From the human T2T-CHM13v2.0 reference genome, Homo sapiens, in assembly GCF_009914755.1 (NCBI RefSeq), contig NC_060928.1: a stretch of 64,000 nt of DNA. One strand, written 5' to 3'. Position numbers and translations under genes: made by a program. The notes beneath the pieces were generated by a model that searched no databases, was not told where the DNA came from, and saw nothing but the letters and a program-made list of their open reading frames with translations. Positions within the stretch are counted from its first letter, which is position 1; each line of letters opens with the position of its first letter. Below are positions 38,928 through 54,100 of the stretch, one piece after another.

Positions 38928-39082
38928 CTGGGCAAGACCAGCTCCACAGCTACATGATCAGTGTGGCTGCAGAGACAGGCACTTGGTTTAATGCTCTACT
39001 TCCAAGTCCTAGGGTTCTTAATAATTTTTGAACAAGGTACCTCACATTTTCATCGAGCCTTGAAAATAGTGTATCCAGTTAG
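38928..39082. mobile_element. MER91A-like hAT fragment
   Basis: cttggtttaatgctct...ttcttaataatttttgaacaagg...cattttcat. Confidence 0.55.
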
Positions 39083-39789
39083 TTTCCTTAATAATATCGA
39101 GGTGTGATATTTAATGTTTCTTTCAGTAAACATTACCAGTGTGAATACACTGCTCGGTGTGGCCGTAATGCACTAACGCATTTGTCCTTTGTACCTATGC
39201 TATTGCCAACCACTGAACTAAAGAAGGGAATAAAGATGTAATCCTTGCCCCCAAAGCATTGCAAACATATTGGAGGAACTTTGTGTCTCTGTATCAGATG
39301 GCATGCATTAAATATTCCCCATGAATACTCTTCCTGAATGCATAGTCACAATTTTATATGAATTTATTCATGCACTAACAGACACATTGTACCCATTATT
39401 CTACATGCGTGGAGGTTGGGACGATGTCTAAAACTCAGGTCATATCAGGCATTTTGTATCATGGAAAAGAACAGAATGATTCACTATCTAGTTGATGATG
39501 GTGGAGTTGGGTGGACGTAGCTACAGCGGTTCACAGCGGCCCAAAGACTCTCTGGAAGTATTTCTCAGTAACACCAGGAGATGACCCTCAAGACACAAAT
39601 AATTTTCTCTCCCTCCACTTGATACGGACACAGGTTTATCCATTAACAGGATTCCGGAGCTAACCAGAAGTACGTCTGATTTGGGTTTTACTCACACACG
39701 TGCTGGAAATCCATGCATGAGCTTTGTGAGAAAGGGCACAAAGGAAACCAGCCTGAAGTCTGCAGGGGCCACACAGTGCGAGCCAACAG

Positions 39790-40284
39790 CAGAGCTGACA
39801 CAGATGCCAGAATGGTCAAAAAGGAACATTTACGAAGCAATTATTGCTATATCCCGCATCTTCAAAAGGTTAAGTAGAGGCATGGGAGATTAAAAAGGCC
39901 CAAACTGAACTTTTAGGGAAGAAAACTACAGTTTCCTAAGGTCAAAAAATACACAAAGTGGAAATTACAGCAGATTAGACATTGCAGGAAAAAAATTGTA
40001 AATTTGAAAGTGCATAGAAAAAATAATAGTTAAAAAAACTGAGAGCATTAGTGGGGCTAATCACAGAATGTGAGACTACTCCAAGTAGTCCAATATACAT
40101 GGAATTAAAATCCTCAAAGATGGAAAAAGCAGAAGTATTAAACCCACAGATCCCAGAAGTTTAGCCCCAAGCACAAGAACCAAGAAGAAAACGACACCAA
40201 GACATGTGAAAACCAAATTGCCCAAACCAGAAATAAAAAGAAGATGCTGAAAGCCAGGAGACGTGGGAGAGGGGAAGTCATGTA

Positions 40285-40339
<55 letters not shown>

Positions 40340-40860
40340 AGGAGTCTTGCTCTGTCGCCAAGATGGGAGTGCAGTGGTGCAATCTCCTCTCACTGCAACC
40401 TCTGCCTCCCAGGTTGAAGCAATTCTCCTGCCTCAGCCTCCCAAGTAGCTAGCACTACAGGCACCTGCCACCACGCCCAGCTGATTTTTTTTTTTTTTTG
40501 TATTTTTAGTGGAGACGGGGTTTCATTATGTTGGACAGGCTAGTCTCGAGCTCCTGACCTTGTGATCTGCCCACCTCGGCTTCCCAAAGTATTGGGATTA
40601 CAGGTGGGAGCCACCGCACCTGCCTAGTCAGATTCTACACAGAGGAATGAAGATAAGGATGGCCGTCTAGCTCTCATCTCAAACAAGGGAAGGGAGGAGA
40701 CAGAGGAGCAAAATCTCTCCAGGATTGAAAGGAAAAAAGTCAACCTAAAATTCTCTACCAGAGAAAATATCTTTCAAAGATCAAGGTAAAATCGAGTTTT
40801 TCAGACATATAAACGAAGAAATAATTCGTTACCAGCAGAACACACCACAAGAAATGTTGC
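39790..40860 (+). mobile_element. Old L1M ORF1 fragment interrupted by an Alu
   Basis: A-rich, with cagcagattagacattgcagg, aacccacagatcccagaag, acaccaagacatgtgaaaaccaaattg and gtcaacctaaaattct...aaaatatctttcaaa. Confidence 0.65.
40282..40624 (-). mobile_element. AluS with a compound (TA)n(T)n tail
   Basis: Full reverse Alu preceded by tatatata...tttttt. Confidence 0.95.
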
Positions 40861-41393
40861 AGATGGTGGATCCAGGAACACAGTTAGGACTGAATTGTCC
40901 TCAGGGATTATTGAACTAGTGTTTATCTTACTCCTAAACGAAGTGGTTCCAGTGGGCTGTTTTTCTTAATGTTTCAGTTTATGTTCCCAATGTTATAATT
41001 TTGTAGTTTTCACAAAACCACTAATAGCCTTTAGCCACCATTTCTCACACTTACCACTCTCCTTTTCTGTAACAGTCCCTCTTTTCTGTCCTAATTTGCT
41101 GCTTATAATCAGTGGCCCTAGAAACCAGATAAGAACATGTATTCGAAATGCGAATAAGTTAAAATAGCCCCATAAATTGTAATCCATAGATTTTGTGTGA
41201 TATACTTAGTCACTCAGAAGCTTTTTCCCAATCTATATTCTGAAAAATGTGATATAACAATTATTATAAGGAAAACTATTACATACTGAATGGCCACTGT
41301 GTGTTAGTCATTATTCTAAATATTTCATTTATTATTTGTAATCTTTTTCATGGACTCTAGATTCTACTTCCAGAGTATATAATGTGTATATAA

Positions 41394-41729
<336 letters not shown>

Positions 41730-43248
41730 TAAAGTACCAGCTTTGAACACAGACATCTCTGGTTAAAAATCACGGCTGTGTTGCTCCCGAGAACTACACC
41801 TGTGAACAGGCTGCCCAGGCTCTGTTATTTACGTAGGCAATCCCAAGGCCAGTACATGACCCTGTGATTACTGGAAGCACAGTATACGACAGGGGATTCA
41901 AATGGTAAACTAAGGATGTTTAGAATTTATTTACCTAATGTCATAAAGTAAACACGGGAACACTAAAAATTACCACTGATTTAAAAGTTATCTCCCGACT
42001 GACTTGTCACTTTGATCTTATTTCACCAAATCATGAGGTCCAGGAAATAGAAAATTTCAAGTACATAAATCAGATTTCTCTGAGATACCTAGATTGATAA
42101 TCGGCCTCTAATAATCTCCCAAGTATAGCAAGTGCCACACAGTTTCCTTAAGGAATCCCCAAAGTCAGCCAAGGAAATCAGAAAAGAAAATTGGGCCTAG
42201 CTGCATGATGGATGGATTGGATTCCACCTGCCACTCCAAAGCATGCTGCTGGAATATCTCCAGTGGCAGGGGCTTAGCAAGGAGCCATGACTCAAGTTCC
42301 ACAACCAGCAGACATGCTGCTAAAATAACCCCTATTTAGGGCTGATCCTCAAGACAGTGAGAGGTGCACTGTGCAAGTTTGAAGGCACATTAATTTTATC
42401 AGTGTTCACTCAGCATTTTACTGGCAGCAGTCTGCAGGAATACCATGTCATTTTTGCTTTTCAGATGTGTATTGAATTTGCAGAAGTCCTCTTTTCCAAA
42501 TGATCAATGAATTTCAACACCAGAGTCTTGGAGTCAGACAAGGAAACTTTCAGTACATAGGTAGACCTAACCCTTTGTTTGATTTCATTTGGGCCTGAAA
42601 TTAATATTGCTCTCATCACTGACACTGCAGTTCATGGAGTAATTTACACTCTGTGGGGTTATGATGACATCCCTTTCAGTGCAGCATCTCTGAAAGCTAA
42701 AAATGAAGAAGAGTGAAATATCTCTGAATACAAGCCAAAGAGTTACTCATTTCAATGTGTGTTGGGAGGATTTGTAATGGACTGAAGGCCAGGGACCAAG
42801 TCAACCCAAGAGGCCATTTCCTAACACCTCATACTGACTACTCATCATCTTATACCGATTCCCACATCTGTCTTGTACCTTCCTTTTTCTCTTCTTCTGT
42901 CTTTGTGTTTTTCTCTATTGATCTGTTATCACGCTCTATTCTTTTTTCTCTCTCCTTTTCTCTTTTCTTCCATTTCTTTGGCCCTTAGCACTTCTTTTTT
43001 TCTATCCTTCATTCTTTTTACTACTTTTCACATAATATAGAATTAAGTCCAGATGTTGTATTCACCATGTTTTAGTGTCCTACTCTTCTGAAAATTGGAG
43101 CAAACGAAAAGGTTTGCCCATGTCTGAAAAATTAAGCAGTTTTTCATGTGGCCTATGATGCTTTTCTTTACAGTCAATGGGCACTTTATGAGGAAGCACA
43201 AATACAAAGCTGCTTTTCATTCAGGGCCCCCAGAAAGTCAAGACTAGT

Positions 43249-43627
43249 TGTATTAGTCCATTCTCATGCTGCTAATAAACACATACTAGAGACAGGGTAA
43301 TTTAGAAAGAAAAGAGATTTAATTGACTCATAGTTCCTCAGGACTGGGGAGGATTCCGGAAACTTACTATCATGACAAAAGGGGAAGCAAACACTTCCTT
43401 CTTCACATGGTGGCAGGAAGGGGAAGTGCTGAGCAAAAGGGGAAAAGCCCCTTACGAAACCATCAGATCTCAGAAAACGTACTCACTATCACAAGAAGAG
43501 TAGCATGGGGGTGACCACACCCATGATTCGATTACCTCCCACCAGGTCACTTCCACAACACCTGGGGATTGTGGGAACTACAATTCAAGATGAGATTTGG
43601 ATGGGGACACAGAGCCAAACCATATCA
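43249..43627 (-). mobile_element. THE1D-like solo LTR
   Basis: Termini tgtattagtccattctcatgctgct ... gggacacagagccaaaccatatca. 5-bp TSD ctagt/ctaat. Confidence 0.9.
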
Positions 43628-44398
43628 CTAATCTTAGTCTCAATTTTCCCATCATCAGAATACTGTCAGCACTTACTCTAATACCCCATGCGTTCATGTC
43701 CCTTTTGTAATTCACTCTTTCTAAAGAACATTCTTCTCTTTGGCTACACAGCCTATCTTTCCATCTTTTTTTTTTTAAGTATAACTTATGTAAAAACTTT
43801 AAGGCTTCTGTGTCTTTTCTACATTTTCACTGGCTCTCTAAGGGGTCATCTCAGGTGCCAATGAAGGCAGTCTTCAGTCTGGATTCCTTTCAAGGATGTG
43901 AAAATTATCTCTTCAAAATACATTAGGCAATGTCTGCCTACTTTGGATTTTGTGACGGCTTGAAACAATGCAGTCCACATTTTAACTGACAAGTTTAGAG
44001 GTGTCAGTGGTATTTGAGCTTTCTGTGCCTCAAAAACTCACCATCTCACACTGTTCATTGTCACCAGATCTAATTGTGTCTCAGGTGACTTCATAATGTT
44101 CTCAAGGCCAGGTGCTGAGGCAGGAGGAAAGGACACACCCCAGAGGCAGGACTGTGAGTTTGAAGTCACCGCCAGCGTCTGCCCATTGCACTGTGCCCAG
44201 GACTCCTGTTTCCATGGCCTGGGCTGGACCATGCTGTAGCCCTGGGCGCTGCCTGCACCTGAGAATTACCCAAAGCACCTGCAAAATGTGTGAATCCCTT
44301 GCCCTTAGCCTAAGGAATTTCAATTTATAAATTATTTCTGCCTGTGGGTCTCGAACATGGATAATTTTAAAATCTTCTTAAGAAATGCTGATGTGCAA

Positions 44399-44590
44399 CC
44401 AGGGTTAAGGACCACAGAGCGAGAATGCCCAGAAGGCTTGGCGGAACTCGGATCCTTGGGCCCTGGGTTAAGGACCACAGAGCAAGAATGCCCAGAAGGC
44501 TTGGCGGAACTCAGATCCCTGGACCCTGGGTTAAGGGCCACTGAGGGAGAATGCCCAGAAGGCTTGGCGGAACTCAGATCCCTGGACTCT
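44399..44590. repeat. 63-bp tandem repeat, 3 copies
   Basis: gggttaagg(a/g)ccac...gaatgcccagaaggcttggcggaactc occurs at 44402, 44465 and 44528. Confidence 0.92.
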
Positions 44591-44811
44591 GGACCATCAT
44601 AGCAGTCACAGATCCAGGATGAGGCCACAGATGAATCCCCAGCTGAGGTGATGCTGCTGGCCTGGGACCACACGTCGAGGACCACTCAGCTAGAAGATGC
44701 TTAGCACTTCTCTGCCTCTTTTTAAAATTCCTTCTTCTGGGAAGAGAGACTGATCTTACCACTGAGTGTGGGAGAAGAAACAGCATGATTAGCAGAATGC
44801 CATCCCCTCTC

Positions 44812-44928
44812 TCTTTTCAAATGTGTGAGCCTGGAGAGAGTTCTCTTCAGTGTGTGAGCCTGGAGAGAGTTCTCTTCAATGTGTGAGCCTGGAGAGAGTT
44901 CTTTTCAATGTGTGAGCCTGGAGAGAGG
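44812..44928. repeat. 29-bp tandem repeat, ~4 copies
   Basis: tgtgtgagcctggagagag occurs at 44822, 44851, 44880 and 44909. Confidence 0.92.
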
Positions 44929-46743
44929 ATGCTTTTTTATCCACTGTGAGGATGGCTTTTCAGGGCAAGCTCTGTCTGCATGTGCAGGGGTACAACCTCC
45001 AATTTTGTTCTGTTTTCCTTTGTTTTGTTTTGCTTTGCTCTTCTTTGCTTTGAGAAGCCTTAGCATAGACCTAGGGGAAGTGTTAGACCATAGAGCTAAA
45101 GTCATCTTCTTTGGCATGATTAGAATTTTCAAAATACATAACAAATATTTTAGAATTTTGATCTCCATTTATCTGTCTTCTGGGTCCTCTCTCAATATAT
45201 TGTGAATGCAAGATGGAAAAAATTAGTGTTACATGTCAGCTTTCTAAAACCCCAACATAATCCTATCTCTTTTCAAATGGTTTCACTTCTTGGCCCTTTG
45301 AAAGCAATATAAACAATTTTACTGACTTAGTAAGCAGGGCTCTAAGAACTGAAGAGAAAACACGCCAATGCTGGATGGCATCAATTCTTTGAAAGAGGAA
45401 GGAGACAAATAGACATGACACATCCACAATAAACAGTCGTTAAAATGTATGGGAATGCTCCGTGCTGCGCCTCTCTGCAGGCTTTCACCTTATTTAGCTC
45501 CAATTTTCTAAGACTACTACAAGAAAATGTACAAGAGAAGCCCCCTGGACACTAGCTAGTAAGAGCACCAAATCACACATATTTATGGAACCCTAGTTAA
45601 TAATAATAATAGTTGTCTCTTCAAACCCCTGCTGTGAGCCATGTATTGTCTTAACCACCTTCTGCCCTGTATCATTCTACTAAAGCACCTGCATAAGTAG
45701 GTATTACTTAGTAAGGAAACTGGGGCATAGCTAGCTGGATTAATACCTGGCAAGAAATAGGAAGTGAAGATGGGATTTGCTCCTTGTGTGTCTGGGTGGA
45801 AAGCAAAGGTTCTTTCCGCAGTGCACTGTGTACATAAACTTGCAGCCAAACACCGTTATAAAGGCTGTGAAAGATGCAGAGAAATGCAACACTTCTTATT
45901 AGTTTCCTAATCTCAAAATGCAGGTAGCCTAGTTAAGGAGATAAAATTACATATAAGAAAAATTAAGTAACAACACAAGATCTGAAGATTAATATAGTAT
46001 CTTTGACTCCAATCTAAACATATTCCAAAAATGGTGAAATGATTGGGAGAATTCCAAATGCAAACAATTGGAGTACTATAAAATGTGGTTGATCCCACAG
46101 AATCCAGTCTGCTTCAGGAAATACTTTTTCTAATTGGAGCCTCTGAGAGACTAAATCCATTCTGCGAAGTGTATTCTAGCTCTTCCATAGTCTCCCAATG
46201 ACTCTTGCCTCAGAAAGCTCTGTTAATTTGGTTGATCGCTTCTGGTTTTTCTCTATATTTCATATATTGATCAAATTTTGTAATACAATCTTCAGATCCA
46301 CACTACCCAAAAGAAAAACATGCTTCCTGCTATCATTTTGTTTATTTCCCTCTAAATAAGTAGGAGCATGGTACTTTGATCGATAAGAATGAAAAAAATT
46401 ATTAGGGAACTTGCCATCATATTCCAGGAGAAATGGAGTATGGCATGCACCCAGCACTGACCTTCAATCAGAATTAAAGCACGTCAGAGAAAAGGAATTG
46501 TATAGAATTGCTGGGATCAAATGTAACACAAAATCATCGGAACTATAATAGGATCACGAAGCAGAATCACCACTGAAGTCCATCTCATGATTCAGCAGCA
46601 GGAGCAGGGGAGCACAGCAGAAAGAAGCATGGGTGAAGGGATCCGAGAGTCAATCCTACCTGGCAAATAGGAGTGTGATCCTGGCATCCAGTTTGTATCT
46701 CAGAGTCTTTGTTCCCAGGTAGAACTGGGAGACTGAGCTAGAT

Positions 46744-47190
46744 CAGGGGTTCTTAGAAAACAGTTGAGGGGGATCATGAACTTAATGAAAGAATGAATCT
46801 TTATTTCCTATAATCTTTAACTAAAATGTATAGCACTTCCTCCAATTATGAATGTAAGTCATAAACCACAATACTACTAACCATACATGTTATATTGTTC
46901 CAATACAAATTACAGATATTTTCACATTAGTATAATTTTTAGTTATCTCAGAATATCATTTATGATCACTAGCTCTTCAAATTTACAAAGATCATCTCAG
47001 TCACAGCTGTTTCCCTTTACTTAATGCATTGGGAAAGAAGCACATGCATGACTGTATCAAAACATCCTTAAAAAGTATTGATTAGTGTTTGAGCATAATT
47101 GGCTTCCTCTATAATCAAACGTGTGCTAGCTGACGCTTTCTGAAATGTTTTTCTTAGATGTGACTTTATCAGACTGCCTATATGGTCCCC
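46744..47190 (+). mobile_element. MER113-like hAT-Charlie element
   Basis: caggggttctta...caattatgaatgtaag...aaaccaca...acagatattttcac...aagaagcaca...ataattggcttcct. Confidence 0.65.
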
Positions 47191-47467
47191 TTAGACAGTG
47201 CCTAAGGGCCATTTCCTTGAACATGGTGGAATTCTCAGCCTCCTGTCTCAGAAGCAGAGATGCCTAACTGGCTGGGATGCATTTCAAGGATAAGCAAGAG
47301 CAGGAGACTGGAGTAACTGCCGAATGGTGGGAGGTGACAACTGGAAACAACAGTGGTATTAAATTGATCCAAATGCAGCCTCAGGGCATGTTAGTAACTA
47401 GGAAATACTAAGAGGGAACAGAGTAAGATGGAACAACTCAGATCATCAGTAAGAAATGCCTGGCCAG

Positions 47468-47719
47468 GGCCAGGTGTGGTGGCTCATGCCTGTAATCCCA
47501 GCACTTTGGGACGTCGAGGCATGCGGATCATTTGAGGTCAGGAGTTCAAGACCAGCCTGGCCAATATGGTCAAACTCCATCTCTACTAAACATACAAAAG
47601 TTGAACCCGGGAGGCAGAGGTTGCAGTGAGCTGAGATCATGCCACTGCACTCCAGCCTGGGCCACAGAATGAGACTCCATCTCAAAAACAAAAAAGAAAG
47701 AAAAAAAGAAAACAAAAAG
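47468..47719 (+). mobile_element. AluS with an internal deletion of the start of the right monomer
   Basis: catacaaaag joins directly to ttgaacccggg at 47600/47601. TSD agaaatgcctggccag / agaaatgctcggccag. Confidence 0.92.
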
Positions 47720-48204
47720 AGAAATGCTCGGCCAGCAAATGCACTAGGCAGCCAGACCGATACAGGTTCCAGAGCAGCCTACTCTGTCAAAAAGTACAAC
47801 AGTGTGGTACTCCCAGCACTCATTGACAATCATTTCCTCACATGGGCTGTTAAGTAATAGAAAGTAACAGGTGAAAAAGCACAAGAAATGCTATGGTTAC
47901 ACAGATTACAACTTTGGTGGAAGCGTATGTATGATGAGAACTAGAACTGCACGCTCGGTTATGTTAAATCCGTGGCCATTGTCTAAGTGCTTATGGTAAA
48001 ACCACAGTGTGCTAGAGGTATGAGCCTACTGAAATGAGACGTGTGAACTTCTCAGAAAATCTATCCCAGCTTCTGCTGGCAAAGAAAACAACTAAAAGAG
48101 TCATCTACAAAGAGATGCATGAGTTAGCTGAGGTGGCTCCTAGCAGTGAGACAGAGGTGTAGAAGGGAATGTGTGAGTGGTGTCTCCAGCATCAAGGTGT
48201 TAGG

Positions 48205-48330
48205 TGAAAGTGCAGAGATTCTGAATCAGGGGATCTGGAGAATCAGGGGATCTGGAATGGGATCTTCAAAACCTGCATTCACTGGGCACCCCAGGCATAT
48301 TAGGATGCAGGGGATCTGCAAACCACTTTG
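48205..48330. mobile_element. MER5-like fragment
   Basis: agagattctgaatcagg...acctgcattc...caccccagg...aaaccactttga. Confidence 0.45.
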
Positions 48331-49405
48331 AAAGAAACCAGCTGCGGCTCCTGGCTGAGGTATTTTGAGTCTGAAAAGCAAAGCAAAACACCATCGTTGT
48401 GAGCCCCTACATACTACAGCTCAGCCCCAGCAGGTGCAGGACGCTGTATGTGGGTAAAAGACTAGTTATGTGTTCAAAATACAGTGATGAAGAGGCCAAT
48501 GAGAAGGTGGTTGTAAATGAAGAGATAAAGAGCATGGTGCAATAAAGGGTGATAGGATCCTCTCTCAGCCATCACACAATTTGCTTTCTTCAGCCAGCTC
48601 CGTCAAAAGTATCCCCTATTAGAAACTCTGTCCCCTTAGAGAGTAGTTTGTTGAAGGTTTCTAACAGAAAAAGACAAGGCTCGGACACTAGCAGTCCTGC
48701 AGGAAACAGTTGTATTCAAAGCAGACATGAAAACCCTGTATCGTGTGATGCACTGCCAATGCAACAGCACCTTCAAGCACTAACTTCGATAGACCCTCAG
48801 CCTCTGGGATGACCTGGCATTTCCCTCTAGCTACGTGAACTCGCTGAGGGCCCACTTTAACAATTTAGTAACTCCTTTTGGCATGGTGCACTGGCCCAAT
48901 GGACTAAGTGTCCTATTGAAGAATGCAATAGAAGCAGACAGCGAGATTGGCCTCAACAGAGTTGCAGAAAGCCCTGTCTCAGCCTGGTCATGAATTCAGG
49001 TCAACCAGTGCCACTTTTATGAAAAGAACTGTAGAAGGGAAATCCCTGGAAACAAATACACTGACAAATCAGTCCATTGTGTGACTTCTTCAGAACAAAA
49101 CCTGCACTTGGAACTCAGAGAAAGGAGAAAATCACAGCCTTTCATGTAAATTATATCTGAGAAATAAAACCTTCGAATTTGAAAAAAGGCTCACTAGATA
49201 ATACCACTTGGAGGATACCAGGAATTAGTATTTTTTTGACCACATAAGTGCCAAGCTTCGAGCTAGGTGCTTTGTATCCAACATCTCATCTGTTGGTAAC
49301 ACTACCAACAATTCAGCTCAAAGAATCACACTGTCAGAGCTGGAAGGGTCCTCAGAGATCATCAAGTCCAAACTGTTCATTTGCATGTGAAAAACCTGAG
49401 ACCAT

Positions 49406-49790
<385 letters not shown>

Positions 49791-50862
49791 TCAGATATGT
49801 ACGTCACTAGACCCTAAGAAAGTAAGCTCTTCATTAAGCTCTTTAAAGTTAAAATGCATTTGTGGATATAAGCCTCAGTCCAGAAATTAATGTGAATAAG
49901 TTGTGTTTCTTATTTTTTTAAAATAATTAGCTTGTGATTCTATTGGAATAAAGAAAAATCAATGTCAGTATTTCCTCCCTACCTTTCTAGAAGTTGTATC
50001 TAAGTTCCAGGGCACCATGGTTTGGGGGAGCACCTGGTCCTAGATGTCATCTGTTCACTTCAGCATCCAATGAGATGCTGCCATCCTCTTGGGGTGCTCC
50101 CTCATCCACACACACACACGCCACCTATGCTCACACACTTCTGTACATGTGTTCTCTTTCTGGTTGGTGGATCTCTTGACTGCTTCTATACCATAGATGG
50201 AGACACAGGATCTGGCCTTACATTTCTGTGTCACCCAACATTATGGGAGACTTCATGACTGTTTCTATGGCATTTATGCCCAGGCTCTCTGCAGCCCTCT
50301 CCCTCCACCTCCTCACCACTCTTTCCAGACAGAGGTCATCTCTGCTCTCAGATCTCACAAAGCTTTCTCAGGATTTGCAGAAAACCCAGAGCTGTGGCTG
50401 ATAGACAAAAAGCAGGCCTTTCCTCTCTAGGAACCCCTACCTAACACTAGCGTGCCCTGCTCCACACAGAGGGGCTCTTCCAGTCTTGGAAATGGGAGAG
50501 AAGGAACCCTTTTCTTCTCTTTGCTTCCTGGAGTCCTCTTCTGATTCCCTAACAGCATTGATGTTTATAATAAACTCAAGGAAGCCGGACTTTTCTAGAT
50601 TTTCCACACTGTCATATCTTGCCACTGAAGCAAGGAACACAGAGTGGTCCACAGGCTTGGATTCCGCAGGCTTGGATTAGGCGGGAGCAGAAGGGCTACA
50701 AATAAATGATTCCATGTACTTACTTCTGCTGTGGTTTATCACAAAGACCAAAGCCAATGGAAAATGAGGAGAGAGCAACAGAGATCCCTTGGGGAGGGGG
50801 GCAATTTGAAATGTATCAGGCTATAAGAAATGGTGCTTTTAAAAACATATTGAATAACATGA

Positions 50863-51192
<330 letters not shown>

Positions 51193-54100
51193 TAAACAAA
51201 TATAAGCAGCTTACCTTTAATATCAGAGAATCATTTTATTTCTCCTTCTTCTTTGCTGACCTTCCACACCTCATTCCTGTGTCTGGTGTGCCTTGCCTGC
51301 AGGCTTAGCCATTCCTGCCAGCTCAACCTTTGAAAAGCCCAAGCTGAGCGGGAAGCACCTCAGTATTGATCTGCCCAGTTATGGCCTATGGAGGCGCTGG
51401 AGGTCCTGTTAGAACAGGACGGGCTATCACTTAATTTAACTCTTACTCAATCTACAAGAGGGTTACATTCTCAACAACTGGAAAATATTATGAACAGACT
51501 TCTGAATCCTGTGGTTTATCTGAGAATTATTACAATTATTTTAAATAAATTTAAATTTTCCATTTGTTGCCATAACAGCATTTAGAGACCTGCTAGTTTT
51601 GGGGTGTTTACTAGATCTTTGTTGATAAGCTTAATGATGAAGGGGAGCATTAGGGCTTTCTGATGATGCTTTCTAGAAATTTTCGACACACTTTAAAATA
51701 TGACATTCATTTCTGCCTGAAGACCAAAGTAGGTTTTGCAGAGGCAAATTGAGAGCATGTTTAAAAGATTCATCTTGTGCCTAGGTTTAACATCCTCCCA
51801 GGATGTCAACTGGAAGATCATGCCGTTCCTGACAATTAGAAGGTAATAACGAATTTTCAACCAACTCCACATTCATCCTGACACATCCCTTTGGCACATT
51901 TTTAAGGTGAAACGTGTGACTCCATAACGTTTTCTTTTTAGGCAAGGGCTTCTGTGGTGGTAATCATGACCTAAAGAGCCCGATTCTGCAGTCTTCAGAG
52001 AGCCAGGATTCCTGCCCAAAGTTAGACAGGCAGCATTTGAAGCAAAGTTTACTTCTTCTGACTATTCGTTTTTTATTTATTACAGCAGATTTATCATGTG
52101 CTAGATAATTTCACATTCATGGCTTTTCTAGTGCTCAATTTATCAAGGACAGTGGTGCCACATACTCTTGTATTTTATCACAAGTACCATCAGGATAAGA
52201 GAGACAGGTTCTCTGCTGCAGTGACTGCCACGAAATCATAATTCATAATGATAGATGCGTCTTCCCTGGGTTCGATTTTTAATGTTTCCCTTTTTTGGAA
52301 TGTTTACATAACAGAAAAAAGAGGGAATTATATATGAGTCACATTCCTATCACTCATGTGTTCTTTACTGAGAGAATGAAACTAGATACCTGAAAAATAA
52401 TCAGTGATTTCAACTACTCACTTAGGACATTTTTTATAAAGTTGCCCACTTTTTCATTATCAAAGACAGGAAAAATGAAAAGAAACTGAAGTGGTCTGAA
52501 ACCATGACTTTCATTTTCCTTAAGTTTAGAGAGTGAGGTGGCTGGAGATACAGCACGTTGATTATCTGTGACACAATCAGTCAGAAGCAGGACCACATGA
52601 ATTCTCCATCATCAAACAAAATGACTGGCTTTCTGTGTGATTCTTCACACTGTGAATGCAGCTACTAATAACACTGATTTTACTTCAGGCAAGAGAAACA
52701 GAGCCTCTCATTTTCCTTTGAGAATAATGATTGTTTCTTAATACTTTTCTTTTTCCCCATTCCTTACAGAGGAGTTCCCTGCTCAAGGGAAGCACATGGT
52801 AGGGTTAATGCTACATGGAACATGAACTTTGAAGATCCTCATTTTGGTTTCCATGAAGGTGGTGAAGGTTCTCCAAATAAAAGCATTTCCAATAAGGGTG
52901 AAGAGTAGAGAGCAGTGATGTTTCCAAAAAGTTTAGAATTCCTCCTTCAAATGACTTCCTAATGAATATCAGAAGGCAATGTGTGGAGTCACAAGTCATT
53001 GGAATGGCAGCCACTGTGTAATTTCAACAAAACGCTTCATCCCTCTGAGCCTCTGGTGGCTCATCTGTAAATTAAGGCAAATTCTATCTTCAAATTTCTT
53101 CACTCTTTGATCAACAACTTTTATTCAACTTTGTTGAAAAGATCAAAAAAATTGCATCTCTGGTTGAATTTGGTGGCTCTTTTTCTGGTTAATATAAAAC
53201 GTGACTGTCAGAATCCCATCTCTAAATCTTTGTCAAATTTGTGTGGCCTCCTTTGTGTGCAGTTTACTAGTACAGCCCCATAATACTGGATAAGATTTTC
53301 CCGAAACTTCTGTGGTTTAAATGAGATGGTGGTTGCCTGCACTCAGACTGGTAAATGGGTTAGTCCCGAGAACACTTACAGAAGCACCTTGCCTTGTTAT
53401 TTGGCTTTAGCATTGTATTAAAAAGTTAGTAGATATTTGTAAGCATTCTAGAGATCATTTATTACCTACTCACTCTTTAAGTTAAATTCTTGTCTATGTA
53501 ACAGTGACCTAAATTGTTCATTGAAAGTAATTTCAGTCCTGAGGTAAAAATAATCTTATTACCATCTTAATTACAATAATAAGGGCTCAATGACTTTAGG
53601 ATCATCCAATAAGCCATACGTTTATAAAACAAAAAGAGCTCAACAGATGACATTAAGGTAGGAAACAGCCTTTCAATAGGAGAAGAAACACCCGATCTGG
53701 AGCAATCCAATGCTTGTAGGCACCTTAGTGAACACATTCGACCAACTCAATGCAGAAATTGCTGTTTGCAACATGGCCCCAAAATATGCTTTGCATAGGG
53801 GAATGCTGACTTTACATAATATCCACTAAATAAATGTTAGCTCTCACAGTACAATTTTCATTACACAGCCTGAGGCTCTGTTTTCCTGCTGGAGAAATTT
53901 CTACCACTGACATAGATTTGTAAATACTTCTAGTTCTTGTTTCTTGTCTGTTCTGCCTCAAGAAGAACTTACTTGTGAGAAAGATACTCAATTCTACTTC
54001 CTCACAAACACTTTAAATGAGGTGCATTGTTCTGGATTTTGTAGTGGTGGTGGTTGTTTCAGTTTAGTTTTTATTATTTCTTGTCATTTTTTGACAAGCA

